From assembly GCA_947085985.1 (NCBI GenBank), contig CAMTYL010000004.1, positions 150,885-214,884 on the forward strand: DNA of 64,000 nucleotides, written 5' to 3'. The position numbers were made by a program, and so were the translations under genes. Below, piece after piece: positions 9,883 through 19,554 of this stretch. Position 1 is the stretch's first letter; every line of letters starts with the position of its first letter. Below the pieces are notes generated by a model. It was not told where the DNA came from. It did no database searches and saw only the letters and a list, made by a program, of their open reading frames with translations. Source of the stretch: an uncultured bacterium (GTDB lineage: Bacteria > Patescibacteriota > Minisyncoccia > Phycocordibacterales > Phycocordibacteraceae).

Positions 9883-10617
9883 TTACAGGGTGACTGCTTG
9901 TTTTGGGGTTTCGCCGAGGGACCTGCGTACAAAGTACTCTTGGATAATGCCAAATATATTACTGGTGATGAAATAAATCGCGATTGCACCTGAAGTGTAG
10001 GCCAGAAAGGCCATGATGAGGGGGAAGACGTAGCGCATTTGCAGTGTCATGGCGCGCGATATGTCTGCCTGCATAGACTTGTCTTCCTTTCCGGGTGCTG
10101 CGGGAATTGCGTAAAGTGCAAGTAAGTACTGAGTGATGCCAGTGAGCAGCGCTAGGGTGATACTGGTGCCCGTGATAGTGATGACTCCTAGAAATAGTGG
10201 AGACACGAACGCTGGTACGGCCACAAATGAGTAGAGGAGGGAGGGGTCTACCACCAAAAGCTCCTTGTTATGAAAGACCCAGAAGAGCGTAATAATAATT
10301 GGAAGCTGTATAAGTAGCGTCAAAATGCTGGCAAACGGGTTAACGCCGTGCTTTTTATACAAAGCCATCATTGCACGCGCTTGTTCTTCTTTGTTGTCTT
10401 TGAGTTTCTCCCGCAGCTTCTTCATTTCTGGCTCTATACCCTTCATTGCACGAGCTGTCTTTTGCGCAGCAAAGGATAGCGGCATGATGATGAGGCGCAC
10501 CACTATAGTCACCAGGACCACCGCAAGACCAATGTCTGCTCCTGGAATTATGTCTACCAAGAACATCAACAAGTTATAAATTGGCGTATAGAGAACGGTG
10601 TGAAAGAAAGCAATCAT
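9883..10617 (-). CDS. yidC: YidC/Oxa1 membrane protein insertase
   Basis: 'VLVTIVVRLIIMPL', 'LYKKHGVNP', 'LIQLPI'; canonical position after rnpA. Confidence 0.92.
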   Translation of the reverse strand: MIAFFHTVLYTPIYNLLMFLVDIIPGADIGLAVVLVTIVVRLIIMPLSFAAQKTARAMKGIEPEMKKLREKLKDNKEEQARAMMALYKKHGVNPFASILTLLIQLPIIITLFWVFHNKELLVVDPSLLYSFVAVPAFVSPLFLGVITITGTSITLALLTGITQYLLALYAIPAAPGKEDKSMQADISRAMTLQMRYVFPLIMAFLAYTSGAIAIYFITSNIFGIIQEYFVRRSLGETPKQAVTL

Positions 10618-10628
10618 GTGTGTAGAGT

Positions 10629-10955
10629 TTACCTTAGGCGAGAGTGTGGAGGAAGCTGTTGAAGAAGCTCTGTAATTTCAGTTTTTATTGAGTCAAAGGA
10701 AAGGGTGTTGCTTCCGCTGCGAGCGTACACAATTACCGAGTATCCGTTCTTGCAATGGGGCCCTATTATTTCTAGGACGCGTCGCTTCAGGCGACTGCGC
10801 CCAACCGACGTCTTTTCGGTCTTTTTAGATACCACAACAGCACAGCCGATTTGACCTGGCTGTGCTGTTATTGAGAAGTGCGGCGAAACAAGCCGTACGC
10901 CCTTTTTAGGGTTAGAGATTGCTGCCCGAGACAACCGCAAGCGGCGGGGAAGCAT
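10629..10955 (-). CDS. rnpA: Ribonuclease P protein component
   Basis: 'VVVSKK...SVGRSRLKRR' RNR-like motif; between rpmH and yidC. Confidence 0.85.
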   Translation of the reverse strand: MLPRRLRLSRAAISNPKKGVRLVSPHFSITAQPGQIGCAVVVSKKTEKTSVGRSRLKRRVLEIIGPHCKNGYSVIVYARSGSNTLSFDSIKTEITELLQQLPPHSRLR

Positions 10956-10963
10956 AAAACGGC

Positions 10964-11101
10964 TTAAACAGTGAGTTTTGCGCGACCCTTGCGGCGGCGT
11001 GCAAGCAGGACACTGCGTCCGCCTGGGGTTTTTGAACGTGCACGAAACCCGTGTGTTCGGGCGCGCTTTCGCTTCTTTGGTTGGTAGGTGCGCTTTGGCA
11101 T
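10964..11101 (-). CDS. rpmH: 50S ribosomal protein L34 (not in ORF track)
   Basis: Manual translation [45 protein letters not shown]. Confidence 0.95.
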   Translation of the reverse strand: MPKRTYQPKKRKRARTHGFRARSKTPGGRSVLLARRRKGRAKLTV

Positions 11102-11267
11102 ATGTGTGTGGATACTATCAGCTTCACTGTATTTGGGCAAGGATGTCGGGCACTTCCACCCACGAGCAGGGAGGGTATACTAGTGCACACATGGGCAGCT
11201 TTTTGTGCTGATTGGCACAACCGAAAGAGTGTTGCCTGGTGTAATTATCAGTTTTGTTCCGTACCAC

Positions 11268-12641
11268 ATGTCTACACTAACGGGGGGCGCCAGCAGGCTA
11301 GAGCCTAAAGAGTTGTGGGAACAGGTGCTGACACAGGTTGAACTTTCAGTGTCGCCGGCAAATTTTAATACATGGTTTCGGGAGTCCTCCATTGTAAAGG
11401 TAGAAGAGGGAATTGTGTTTGTTGGTGTACCTAGTCAGTTTTTTCGCGACTGGTATCTAAAGAAATTTCACTCGCTTCTCCTTAAAATAATTCGTGGCAT
11501 TTCGTACGAGTACCGGAACATTGAGTATCAGATTGTTAAAGATGACCGCCGCAAGCCCAAAACAGAGCGTCGCCAGCCGACTCAGCAGGTGGCCGAGCTG
11601 CCGCTTGATGATTTTTATATAAACAAGAGCGACAACCTAAATCCACGGTACACCTTTGAGTCTTTTGTGGTTGGTGGCTTTAACGAGCTGGCATATACCG
11701 CTGCGCAGGCTGCTATAAAGCGGCCAGGTATAACCTACAACCCGTTCTTTATTTACGGAGAAACAGGGCGCGGAAAGACGCACCTTATCCAAGCAATTGG
11801 AAACCAGTTCAAGAGAATGTACCCAAACCGAAAGGTGTTCTACCTAACGTCAGAAAAGTTTGGAACAGACTACACTGACTCTCTTCAACAGGGAACTGCT
11901 AACCGTTTTAAGGAAAAATATCGCCAGTTTGATTTGCTCATCATGGACGATGTGCAGTTCCTTTCTAAGAAGGAAAAGATGCAGGAGGAGCTGTTCCATC
12001 TCTTTAACGCCTTCCACGACAACAATAAACAAGTAATTTTCTCCTCAGACCGTCCGCCGGTAGCTATTCCTGATATTGCAGAGCGTCTGCGCGGCAGGTT
12101 TGCGAGCGGAATGGCAGTGGATATTGGTGAGCCCGACATGGAAAGCCGTATGGCAATCGTCCGAAAAAAGGCGGCTGTTCATGGCGTTAACCTTTCCGAC
12201 GAGGTAGTGGAACACATAGCAACGTCTATTTCTGGTTCTATTCGCGAACTTGAAGGTGTTATTAACTCTGTAGTGTGCCACACACAGGTTAAAGGCACCC
12301 CGCCAGACCTAGCAGAGGTGCGTCAGTCCCTGCGCTCTTTCGCACGTCCTCAAAAGACTGTGTCCGTGAAGCATGTTGTTTCTAAGGTTGCTGAGTATTA
12401 CGGTATCGATGAAGAGAGTATTTACGAAAAGACGCGTAGGAGGGAAGTGGTTCGTCCTCGCCAGGTGATTATGTATCTACTTCGCGAAGACTTTAGTGTT
12501 TCGTATCCGAACATAGGCTCTAAGCTTGGTGGCCGCGACCACACTACCGTCATTCATTCGTGCGAGAAGGTGAAGCGAGAGATTCTAGAGAACCACGAAC
12601 TGGCAAAGGAGATTGCTGAAATACGAACCCTTTTGGTCTAA
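11268..12641 (+). CDS. dnaA: Chromosomal replication initiator DnaA
   Basis: 'NPRYTFESFVVG', Walker A GETGRGKT, 'GGRDHTTVIH'. Confidence 0.97.
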   Translation: MSTLTGGASRLEPKELWEQVLTQVELSVSPANFNTWFRESSIVKVEEGIVFVGVPSQFFRDWYLKKFHSLLLKIIRGISYEYRNIEYQIVKDDRRKPKTERRQPTQQVAELPLDDFYINKSDNLNPRYTFESFVVGGFNELAYTAAQAAIKRPGITYNPFFIYGETGRGKTHLIQAIGNQFKRMYPNRKVFYLTSEKFGTDYTDSLQQGTANRFKEKYRQFDLLIMDDVQFLSKKEKMQEELFHLFNAFHDNNKQVIFSSDRPPVAIPDIAERLRGRFASGMAVDIGEPDMESRMAIVRKKAAVHGVNLSDEVVEHIATSISGSIRELEGVINSVVCHTQVKGTPPDLAEVRQSLRSFARPQKTVSVKHVVSKVAEYYGIDEESIYEKTRRREVVRPRQVIMYLLREDFSVSYPNIGSKLGGRDHTTVIHSCEKVKREILENHELAKEIAEIRTLLV

Positions 12642-12877
12642 TTGTTGATAACTCTGTGGATATTCTATGAAAAACTGCCGACTTATTCTGGGGAAAACAT
12701 GTGGGGAAGCCTCGCTTGGCAGGGGGTTGTGTGGAGATAGAAAAAAAGTAGTCCACAGCTGTGCGCCTAGTACCCCTACTTTCTCACCAGGATGTACAAT
12801 GAAGGGGAAGGAAAGTATGGCTTCTTGTCTAGGTCGTAGACGTTATCCCCGCTATCAACACCCCTAATAATAGTCGT
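12642..12877. promoter_or_regulatory. Probable oriC (cluster of DnaA boxes)
   Basis: Near-consensus boxes TGTTGATAA 12643, TGTGGATAT 12655, TGTGGGGAA 12700, TAGTCCACA 12749, TTATCCCCG 12843, CTATCAACA 12852, between dnaA and dnaN. Confidence 0.75.
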
Positions 12878-13978
12878 ATGATCATTATTTTAGATAAAAA
12901 AGAGTTCGCAGACGGGGTAGCGAGTGTTGCCAAGTTTGCACAGCGCACATCAGCAAGTCTCCCAGTACTTTCAGGGATAGCAATCATCGCAGGAGACGAT
13001 GGAATTAAACTGCGCGCTACTAATCTAGAGACAGGAATAGACCTTGCTCTCACAGGAACTATCAAAGAGCCAGGAGTGGTTGCCCTGCCAGCAACAGTAC
13101 TGAGAGAGATAACCGCATCAATTTCTGGAAACGGCCCCCTTACCCTGGAACAGTCTGGAAGCACTGTCGTCGTCACCTCGGGGACAGGCACCAGCACACT
13201 TAAAACGCTCGCCTACGAAGACTTCCCGGTACTTCCGCTCCCCGAGTCTCCGAAAGCAACCTTCACGCTCCCAGGGGCAATTTTGCGCTCTTTAATTACG
13301 TCGGTTGCAGCCTACGCGTCCACCTCTACCGTGAGACCAGAGCTTTCTAGCGTGTACCTTTCAGTAGAGGGTGGGGTAATTACCGCAGTTGCTACCGACT
13401 CTTTCCGATTAGCTGAGAAGAAAATTAACCTCTCAAATTCCGTTACGCCCTGCACCTTCCTTATTCCAGCAAAAAACGCGCAGGATATTGTGCAGGTTCT
13501 ACCAGATACTGATATTCAGATCTCACTAGATGACCACCAGTGTGTATTTACCTGGAAGGGAGGACTCGTCACCACAAGACTGGTGGCTGCTACGTACCCA
13601 GACTACGCACAAATTATTCCAAAGGCAGCAACGGGTGAAGCGGTCGTATTAAAGAAAGACTTTGAAGCAGCGCTCAGACGAACGGCAGTATTTTCAGACG
13701 CGTTTCAAAAAATACGCCTAGGACTTTCGCCAGAGGATAAAAAAATAACCCTGCGTTCCCAAAACACAGAAGTGGGGGAGTCGCTGGAAAGTATTTCAGG
13801 AAACCTAAGTGGTGAAGGGGCGGAGCTATCATTTAATCACCGGTACCTTTCAACCCCACTGGCACACATTGGAAGTGAGAGCGTCACCTTATCGCTCTCT
13901 GGAATTGGACGCGCAATGATAATGCGCGGAACCGGCGACCCATCATTCTTGTATCTGGTGATGCCAATGAACCAATAA
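12878..13978 (+). CDS. dnaN: DNA polymerase III beta clamp
   Basis: 'ATNLE', 'ATDSFRLA', 'YPDY', C-terminal 'YLVMPM'. Confidence 0.96.
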   Translation: MIIILDKKEFADGVASVAKFAQRTSASLPVLSGIAIIAGDDGIKLRATNLETGIDLALTGTIKEPGVVALPATVLREITASISGNGPLTLEQSGSTVVVTSGTGTSTLKTLAYEDFPVLPLPESPKATFTLPGAILRSLITSVAAYASTSTVRPELSSVYLSVEGGVITAVATDSFRLAEKKINLSNSVTPCTFLIPAKNAQDIVQVLPDTDIQISLDDHQCVFTWKGGLVTTRLVAATYPDYAQIIPKAATGEAVVLKKDFEAALRRTAVFSDAFQKIRLGLSPEDKKITLRSQNTEVGESLESISGNLSGEGAELSFNHRYLSTPLAHIGSESVTLSLSGIGRAMIMRGTGDPSFLYLVMPMNQ

Positions 13979-14020
13979 GAAGTAAAAGAGCCCTGTCCAG
14001 GCTCTTTTACTTCTTATTGG
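13972..14020. terminator. Bidirectional terminator
   Basis: Long inverted repeat CCAATAAGAAGTAAAAGAGCC / GGCTCTTTTACTTCTTATTGG that includes both stop codons. Confidence 0.75.
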
Positions 14021-16218
14021 TTCTCTACGCCGCGTAGATCCTGCAGCTCTCCCTGAGCAGGGGATGTTGTTGATACGGTATTTGGCTGCTGCACCACAGC
14101 AGTGCCCCCGGCGGCCCAAAATGTAACCGGGTACTCCCAGTGATAATACTGAGGGTCAGAGGCTGGGTTGCTCGGCGCTCCTCCGCGAGGATTATTTTTG
14201 TTCGTCCAGTGCAAAAGGCTGTGTGAGACACGAGAGCCATCCGGAAGGGTAAGTGTTCCAATACCACGCAGTGCAGGAGGGAGGTTCTCAGGAATAGCTG
14301 GTGGTTCATTGAAGTATTCCTTTGGCATCTTCGCAATAGCTACCAACATAAACTCACGCCACATAGGAGCAACAATATACCCAGCAATCTCCTTTACCAT
14401 CGGAGTGTTGTTATTGTTTCCAGCCCACACACCAACCGCAATCGTTGGGGTATATCCAACAGTCCACGCGTCTCGGGACTCGTTCGTAGTACCCGTTTTA
14501 GCAGCCACATCGTAATCAGGGAAAAAGAACGGGTTCTCTGGAGGATACTCTGGCTGGCGCGCCTGGTTGTCGGACATCATAGCCGAAACGCCGCGCGCCA
14601 CCTCAGCGTCTAATACCTGCTGTGGTGAAGCGGTGAATCGTTCGAGCACACTGCCGCGCTTGTCACGAATTTCTAGAATACCCGTCGGGGGATTGCGAAC
14701 ACCATCGTTGGCTAGCACACCAAACGCACCAGTGATTTCAAGCAGCTTCACTTCAGCCGCACCAAGCGCAAGAGAGAGTCCATATTCCTTTGCCGAACCA
14801 AGCGTGGTGATACCCACCGCCTGACCAAGCGCCAGCACATTATCCATGCCAGCCAAATACAATGCTTTCACCGCTGGAATGTTTATAGACTGCGCCAGTG
14901 CGGTGGTGAAGGTCATTTGGCCACGAAACTTGTCGTCGTAGTTTGATGGGGCATAGCACGGATAGGTGTTGTTGTAGATATCAGTAGCGGAACATGCGGT
15001 TGAAAATTGTGTGGGAACATCAAATATTGCTGTTTGCGTGGTGTAGCCCTTCTTTAGGGCTGCGGCATACACAAATGGCTTAAACGCAGAGCCCGGCTGA
15101 CGCTTCGCAAGGGTTGCGTTGAAGTTTCCATCAATCTCCGTATCAAAATAATCACGAGACCCAACCATTGAGAGAATCTGTCCTGTCTTAGGGTCAATCG
15201 CCACAAGCGCAGCATTACTTGCATTAAAGCGTGACTGATTAGAGAGAGCGTGACGATTCACAATCGTCTCGGCTTCGTGCTGCAGGTCCGCGTCCAGAGT
15301 CGTAATGACCGTTAGTCCTTGAGTGGCGACGTCAGAACCATACTTGCGTTCCAACTGCTGCTCTATGAAGAACACAAAATGAGGAGCAAGAATAGAATTG
15401 TTCTGCTGGCGGCTAAAAACAACCCGTTCCGCTTTTGCTTCAATAAACTCTTTCTCAGTTATATATCCAAGCGCTCGCATACGAGAGAGCACAATGTCCT
15501 TACGCTCGTCTAGGGCGGCACGGTTGTTGCCATACGGAGAGTAGTACGTCGGAAGCTGGGGAATGGCGGCCAGGTAGGCCGCCTCAGCAACAGTGAGCGA
15601 GTTAGCGCTTTTGCCGTAGAACGCCTTACTAGCTACCTCCGCACCATAGAGCGTCCCACCATAGGGGGTCACGTTGAAATAAAACTCCAGAATCTGAGCC
15701 TTCGTATATTTTTGCTCAAGCTTAATAGCAAGAATGACCTCTTGCACCTTGCGAGTAATGCTCTTCTGTCCAGTAAGAATAGTGTTCTTTACCACCTGCT
15801 GGGTAATGGTAGAACCGCCTTGGGCAAAAGAACGAGTGGTAATGTCAGCAATAATTGCTCGCGCAATACCGCGGAACGAAATACCCACATGCGAGTAAAA
15901 CGTAGAATCCTCAATAGCAAGGGTCGCCTTCTGTAGGTTTACCGACACTTCGCTAAGCGGAATGATGTTTCGGCGAACATCGTGGTTTAGGTCATACAAA
16001 ACAGTTTTTCCTGTTCGGTCATAAATCTTAGTAGACTGAGCCACCTTACGGGAATCGAAGTTATTCAGGTCCGGTATGGGGCGCATAGCCACAACCAGCA
16101 CCGCAATGCCCGCCGCCACAAACAAAAGACCCGCGAAAATAAACGCAACTCGAAGGTACGGGTGGGGGTTTTCCAGATGCTTCCGCAAAGCTGGCTTTTT
16201 ACGCTTAGGGCGCGGCAT
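14014..16218 (-). CDS. Class A penicillin-binding protein (PBP1A family)
   Basis: Transglycosylase 'AIEDSTFY', 'QGGSTITQQ'; transpeptidase SAFK, SIN, KTGT. Confidence 0.93.
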   Translation of the reverse strand: MPRPKRKKPALRKHLENPHPYLRVAFIFAGLLFVAAGIAVLVVAMRPIPDLNNFDSRKVAQSTKIYDRTGKTVLYDLNHDVRRNIIPLSEVSVNLQKATLAIEDSTFYSHVGISFRGIARAIIADITTRSFAQGGSTITQQVVKNTILTGQKSITRKVQEVILAIKLEQKYTKAQILEFYFNVTPYGGTLYGAEVASKAFYGKSANSLTVAEAAYLAAIPQLPTYYSPYGNNRAALDERKDIVLSRMRALGYITEKEFIEAKAERVVFSRQQNNSILAPHFVFFIEQQLERKYGSDVATQGLTVITTLDADLQHEAETIVNRHALSNQSRFNASNAALVAIDPKTGQILSMVGSRDYFDTEIDGNFNATLAKRQPGSAFKPFVYAAALKKGYTTQTAIFDVPTQFSTACSATDIYNNTYPCYAPSNYDDKFRGQMTFTTALAQSINIPAVKALYLAGMDNVLALGQAVGITTLGSAKEYGLSLALGAAEVKLLEITGAFGVLANDGVRNPPTGILEIRDKRGSVLERFTASPQQVLDAEVARGVSAMMSDNQARQPEYPPENPFFFPDYDVAAKTGTTNESRDAWTVGYTPTIAVGVWAGNNNNTPMVKEIAGYIVAPMWREFMLVAIAKMPKEYFNEPPAIPENLPPALRGIGTLTLPDGSRVSHSLLHWTNKNNPRGGAPSNPASDPQYYHWEYPVTFWAAGGTAVVQQPNTVSTTSPAQGELQDLRGVENQ

Positions 16219-16239
16219 ATGTAGGCGTATGCTAACATA

Positions 16240-16264
16240 AAAGCGGTCCGTACTGGACCGCTTT
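16240..16264 (-). terminator. Intrinsic terminator after the small acidic ORF
   Basis: AAAGCGGTCC-gtact-GGACCGCTTT. Confidence 0.65.
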
Positions 16265-16274
16265 CGTGAAAAGA

Positions 16275-16406
16275 TTAGTAGGATTCTGCTTCCTCTTCCT
16301 CCTCGTCCGCACCAACCTCATCCTCTTCAACACCCTCGTCTTCGTCTTCAGGAATGTCGGTTAGGACTTCGTCGTCAAGATTCTGGAAATCGTCTTCGTA
16401 CAGCAT
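16275..16406 (-). CDS. 43-aa hyper-acidic small protein (not in ORF track)
   Basis: MLYEDDFQNLDDEVLTDIPEDEDEGVEEDEVGADEEEEEAESY; has its own terminator. Confidence 0.7.
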   Translation of the reverse strand: MLYEDDFQNLDDEVLTDIPEDEDEGVEEDEVGADEEEEEAESY

Positions 16407-16493
16407 GATGCGTAACGTTAGGTAAATTATGAATACTCCCCACAGACAGAGAGTATCACCATAATAAGAGCACAGGCTTGCTTTGCAAGGGGA

Positions 16494-16982
16494 CTACCGC
16501 GGCCGTGTGGACAGTGCGGCGATGCCAAGAGCGATAGCATCAAACTCATCATCTAATCGTTTGCGCAAAGGAAGGGAGACAAGTTTGGGTACCATAACCA
16601 TAACTGCCTTCTTGTCTGCGTTGCCATACCCCGTGACCGCAAGCTTTACTTGTTGCGGAGAAAATTCAAGCACAGGAACCCCTGCGCGCCCTGCAGCAGC
16701 AAGCACCGCACCGCGCGCCTCTGCCACCCCAATACCTGTCTGCTGGTTCTTGGTAAAAAACAGAGACTCAATCGCAAGCACGGCGGGGGAGTATTCAATA
16801 AGTAAGCGCTCAATCGCATTAAACACAAAAGCAAGTCGCTCTTCTCGCTCGCCCTTTGGTGGCTGCACCACCTCACTCCACAGACACACCGGTTTACTCG
16901 GGTCGCCCTCAATAATAGCCACACCAAGCCGGTCATAGCCGGGGTCTACGGCAAGCACTCGTGTAGGAGGACGTGCACTCAT
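16494..16982 (-). CDS. ruvC: Holliday junction resolvase RuvC
   Basis: 'LAVDPG', 'AIESLFF', 'GNADK', 'DDEFDAIALG'. Confidence 0.95.
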   Translation of the reverse strand: MSARPPTRVLAVDPGYDRLGVAIIEGDPSKPVCLWSEVVQPPKGEREERLAFVFNAIERLLIEYSPAVLAIESLFFTKNQQTGIGVAEARGAVLAAAGRAGVPVLEFSPQQVKLAVTGYGNADKKAVMVMVPKLVSLPLRKRLDDEFDAIALGIAALSTRPR

Positions 16983-17005
16983 ACAGCAACACTAAAACAC
17001 AAACT

Positions 17006-17035
17006 CGAAACACTACCATATATGGTAGTGTTTCG
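17006..17035. repeat. 30-bp perfect palindrome; core also present inside argS
   Basis: CGAAACACTACCATATATGGTAGTGTTTCG. Confidence 0.75.
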
Positions 17036-17045
17036 TTCAGTCCAA

Positions 17046-17606
17046 TTACTCATTGTCTGTGGTCTCATATCCACGCGCGTTCGTGAACACGCGCTGTACG
17101 TCCTCGTGTTCATCAAAAAGGGACAATAGCGAGCCAAAGGTTTCCTCGTCCTTGGGCGACAAGTCTGTGAGTGGTTCGTTTGGAGTAAGGGCCCCGCCGC
17201 CTTGTTTTGAGAAAGCCCACAGTGCACTCCCTTGAGCGCCAAGCTCGTACCCATTCTTAGTGAGCAGGTGCTTTACCTCTGCCGTGGTGCGATTCTTGTT
17301 GTCGGTGAGTGCGTCTACTACCACCGCAACCCCGCCCGGGCCGTACCACTCGTACACCACCTGCTCTAAATTGCCGGCGTCCTTGCTCGTGCCTTTAGCG
17401 ACCGCGCGCTCAATACTGTCTTTTGGCATGTTTATTGCCTTGGCACGCGAAATGGCAGCAGCAAGGGACGAGGAGGAGAGGTTGCCCGCAGCCTTTTTTG
17501 ATTCTAAGGTGATGAGTTTTGCAAAACGCGAGAACTCGCGACTCTTGGCCGCGTCCGACGCGCCCTTCTGCCGCTTAATTTGTGACCATTTGTTGTGTCC
17601 GCTCAT
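17046..17606 (-). CDS. yebC: YebC/PmpR family protein (short form)
   Basis: 'MSGHNKWSQIKRQKG', 'YGPGGVA', 'LTDNKNRT'. Confidence 0.93.
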   Translation of the reverse strand: MSGHNKWSQIKRQKGASDAAKSREFSRFAKLITLESKKAAGNLSSSSLAAAISRAKAINMPKDSIERAVAKGTSKDAGNLEQVVYEWYGPGGVAVVVDALTDNKNRTTAEVKHLLTKNGYELGAQGSALWAFSKQGGGALTPNEPLTDLSPKDEETFGSLLSLFDEHEDVQRVFTNARGYETTDNE

Positions 17607-17624
17607 TTAAAGAGTATACAAAAC

Positions 17625-18632
17625 CTAGACCAAATACTCACGGCCTTTTTGGGTGAGCATGCGCCCGCGAGGGGAGCGCTCAATGAAGCCAAGGCGAAGC
17701 AGGAAGGGCTCGTACACGGTCTCCACTGTGTCAGGGTCTTCGTGAAGCGCACTTGCGAGTGCGCGGATTCCAGCCGGACCACCCTTAAACGAGTCGCGAA
17801 GCGTGGTGAGATATCGTTGGTCGTCCTTAGTAAGGCCGAGAACATCAATACCAAACAGCTCGCAGGCAGCGTCAGCAACATCACCCGAAAGTGGTAATTC
17901 ATGTACTTCGCCATAATCGCGCACTCGCTTCAAAAGAGCGTTAGCGACACGTGGCGTTGCGCGGCTGCGCGTAGCAACACGGTCAATAACTTCCTCTGGT
18001 GCAGACAGAGAGAGCACCTCGGCTGATCGACGGATGATGCTGCGCAAGTCGTCCTCAGTATAAAAATCAAGCTGGTACACACCACCACCAAAGCGAGAGC
18101 GAAGTGGGGGAGAGAGCTGGGCCATACGAGTAGTTGCGCCCACAAGCGTGAATGGAGGCAGGGCAAGCTCCACGGTGCGGGCAGAGGGCCCCTTACCAAG
18201 GACTAAATCAAGGGAGCCTGACTCAAGTGCGGGGTAGAGCAGCTCCTCAATCTTGTGGGAGAGCTGGTGAATCTCATCAATAAAGAGCACAGTGCCTGGC
18301 TCTAGGTTAGTGAGAATGGCAGCCAAGTCGCCTGCGCGCTCAATAGCAACTCCGGAGGTGGTCTTTAGTGGGGCGTCCAGCGACGCGGCTACCAGGTGGG
18401 CGAGGGTTGTCTTGCCAACTCCCGGAGGTCCATAAAAAAGAATGTGTTCCGGCATACCGCCGCGCTTCTTTGCGGCCTCAAGCACTATCTGCACGTTGGA
18501 TTTTACGTGTGCCTGGCCCACATAGTCGTCCCAGAGAGAGGGGCGCAGCGCCGCGTCCAGGGATTGGTCGCGAATAGGGCTTGCCTCGCTGTTAGTCTGG
18601 AGAAGCGGGGAGTCGCTGGGGGTGCTTGACAT
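17625..18632 (-). CDS. ruvB: Holliday junction branch-migration ATPase RuvB
   Basis: 'LRPS', GPPGVGKT, 'FIDEIH', 'GATTR', 'YEPFL'; start set at MSSTPS. Confidence 0.95.
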   Translation of the reverse strand: MSSTPSDSPLLQTNSEASPIRDQSLDAALRPSLWDDYVGQAHVKSNVQIVLEAAKKRGGMPEHILFYGPPGVGKTTLAHLVAASLDAPLKTTSGVAIERAGDLAAILTNLEPGTVLFIDEIHQLSHKIEELLYPALESGSLDLVLGKGPSARTVELALPPFTLVGATTRMAQLSPPLRSRFGGGVYQLDFYTEDDLRSIIRRSAEVLSLSAPEEVIDRVATRSRATPRVANALLKRVRDYGEVHELPLSGDVADAACELFGIDVLGLTKDDQRYLTTLRDSFKGGPAGIRALASALHEDPDTVETVYEPFLLRLGFIERSPRGRMLTQKGREYLV

Positions 18633-18778
18633 AAAAATGGTCTGTGCTAGTATTCTAGCATACGTGGGAAAGGCCCGAGAGACACCGTCTCTACAGGCCT
18701 TTCTTGTTGAAAAAACGCTAATACGGGCCTTGCGCAAAGCATACCGCTTCGCACGAGGTCTTAGGCGTTTTTCCTTTG

Positions 18779-18941
18779 ACATCCTACACACAACCCTCTA
18801 GGCAAGGCTTGACGGCTTCAGAGCGTTTCCCCAAGGACCTTCTGGTTCCCACCTCGTAGTGGGCGCGCTGGGAGAATCCCCAGGTGTCTCGTTCACCTTT
18901 CGTTTACGAAAGGAGTGCCTGGAGGGTTGTGTGCGGGATGT
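18779..18941. ncRNA. Candidate structured non-coding RNA of unknown class
   Basis: 26-bp closing stem (18779-18804 with 18916-18941) enclosing 3-4 hairpins, followed by a T-tract; no convincing ORF. Confidence 0.55.
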
Positions 18942-19006
18942 TTTTGTTTTCTGTACACTAGTAGACGTGGGTGTCATGGTGGCGCCCACACAACAGGAGA
19001 GCAGTA

Positions 19007-19294
19007 ATGCTTAATCTGACGGTTGCGGTCCCTGTACCGCTTGTACTTTTCATTAGCGTACTCGCTTTAGCCGTTATCGGCTATGTGAGGACGAAAGAAA
19101 CCGAGGCCCGCATGTTGTGGGTCACGATCGGATTTTGTGAGGTCATACTCGCACTCATCTGCTTCGTGGGCATTGATGCCCTGTTCCACAGAAACCTGAC
19201 CATCGTCTGGTTCGTGGTGCCTATCACGTTTTCTTTCATCTCCTTACTTGCCCTTCTGGGCAGCAGTCTCCTTATGGTGAAGGGAAAACTGTAA
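19007..19294 (+). CDS. Small 3-TM membrane protein
   Basis: AGGAG Shine-Dalgarno before the ATG; hydrophobic helices; hairpin at 19314-19347 downstream. Confidence 0.6.
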   Translation: MLNLTVAVPVPLVLFISVLALAVIGYVRTKETEARMLWVTIGFCEVILALICFVGIDALFHRNLTIVWFVVPITFSFISLLALLGSSLLMVKGKL

Positions 19295-19371
19295 AAGCGA
19301 GTTCCACTACCTGTGGCCCTCGATGTATGTACCCTCATCGAGGGCCATTACTATTTGTGTATACTTGGAGC

Positions 19372-19554
19372 ATGAACGCCCCGCATATTTCTGCAGCCTA
19401 TACGAAAGCAGCCGACCACATTCTGGCCCAGGTGCGCGAAGAAGTTGCAGCCATAACAGCTGCAGCCCGCGCCATTTCACAAGAGGCAAAAAAGGAGAAA
19501 GAGAGCAGCGCTCTCGCTGCTCTGCGCGCAAAACTATTTGATACACGGCCATGA
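19372..19554 (+). CDS. Small helical hypothetical protein
   Basis: TATACT 6 nt upstream; ATGA overlap with the next gene. Confidence 0.55.
   Translation: MNAPHISAAYTKAADHILAQVREEVAAITAAARAISQEAKKEKESSALAALRAKLFDTRP

Noticed and set aside
18633-18791. Basic N-terminal extension of RuvB in the ORF track
   Set aside because: It overlaps hairpins and a TG-n-TAGAAT promoter-like site; RuvB similarity begins after MSSTPS.
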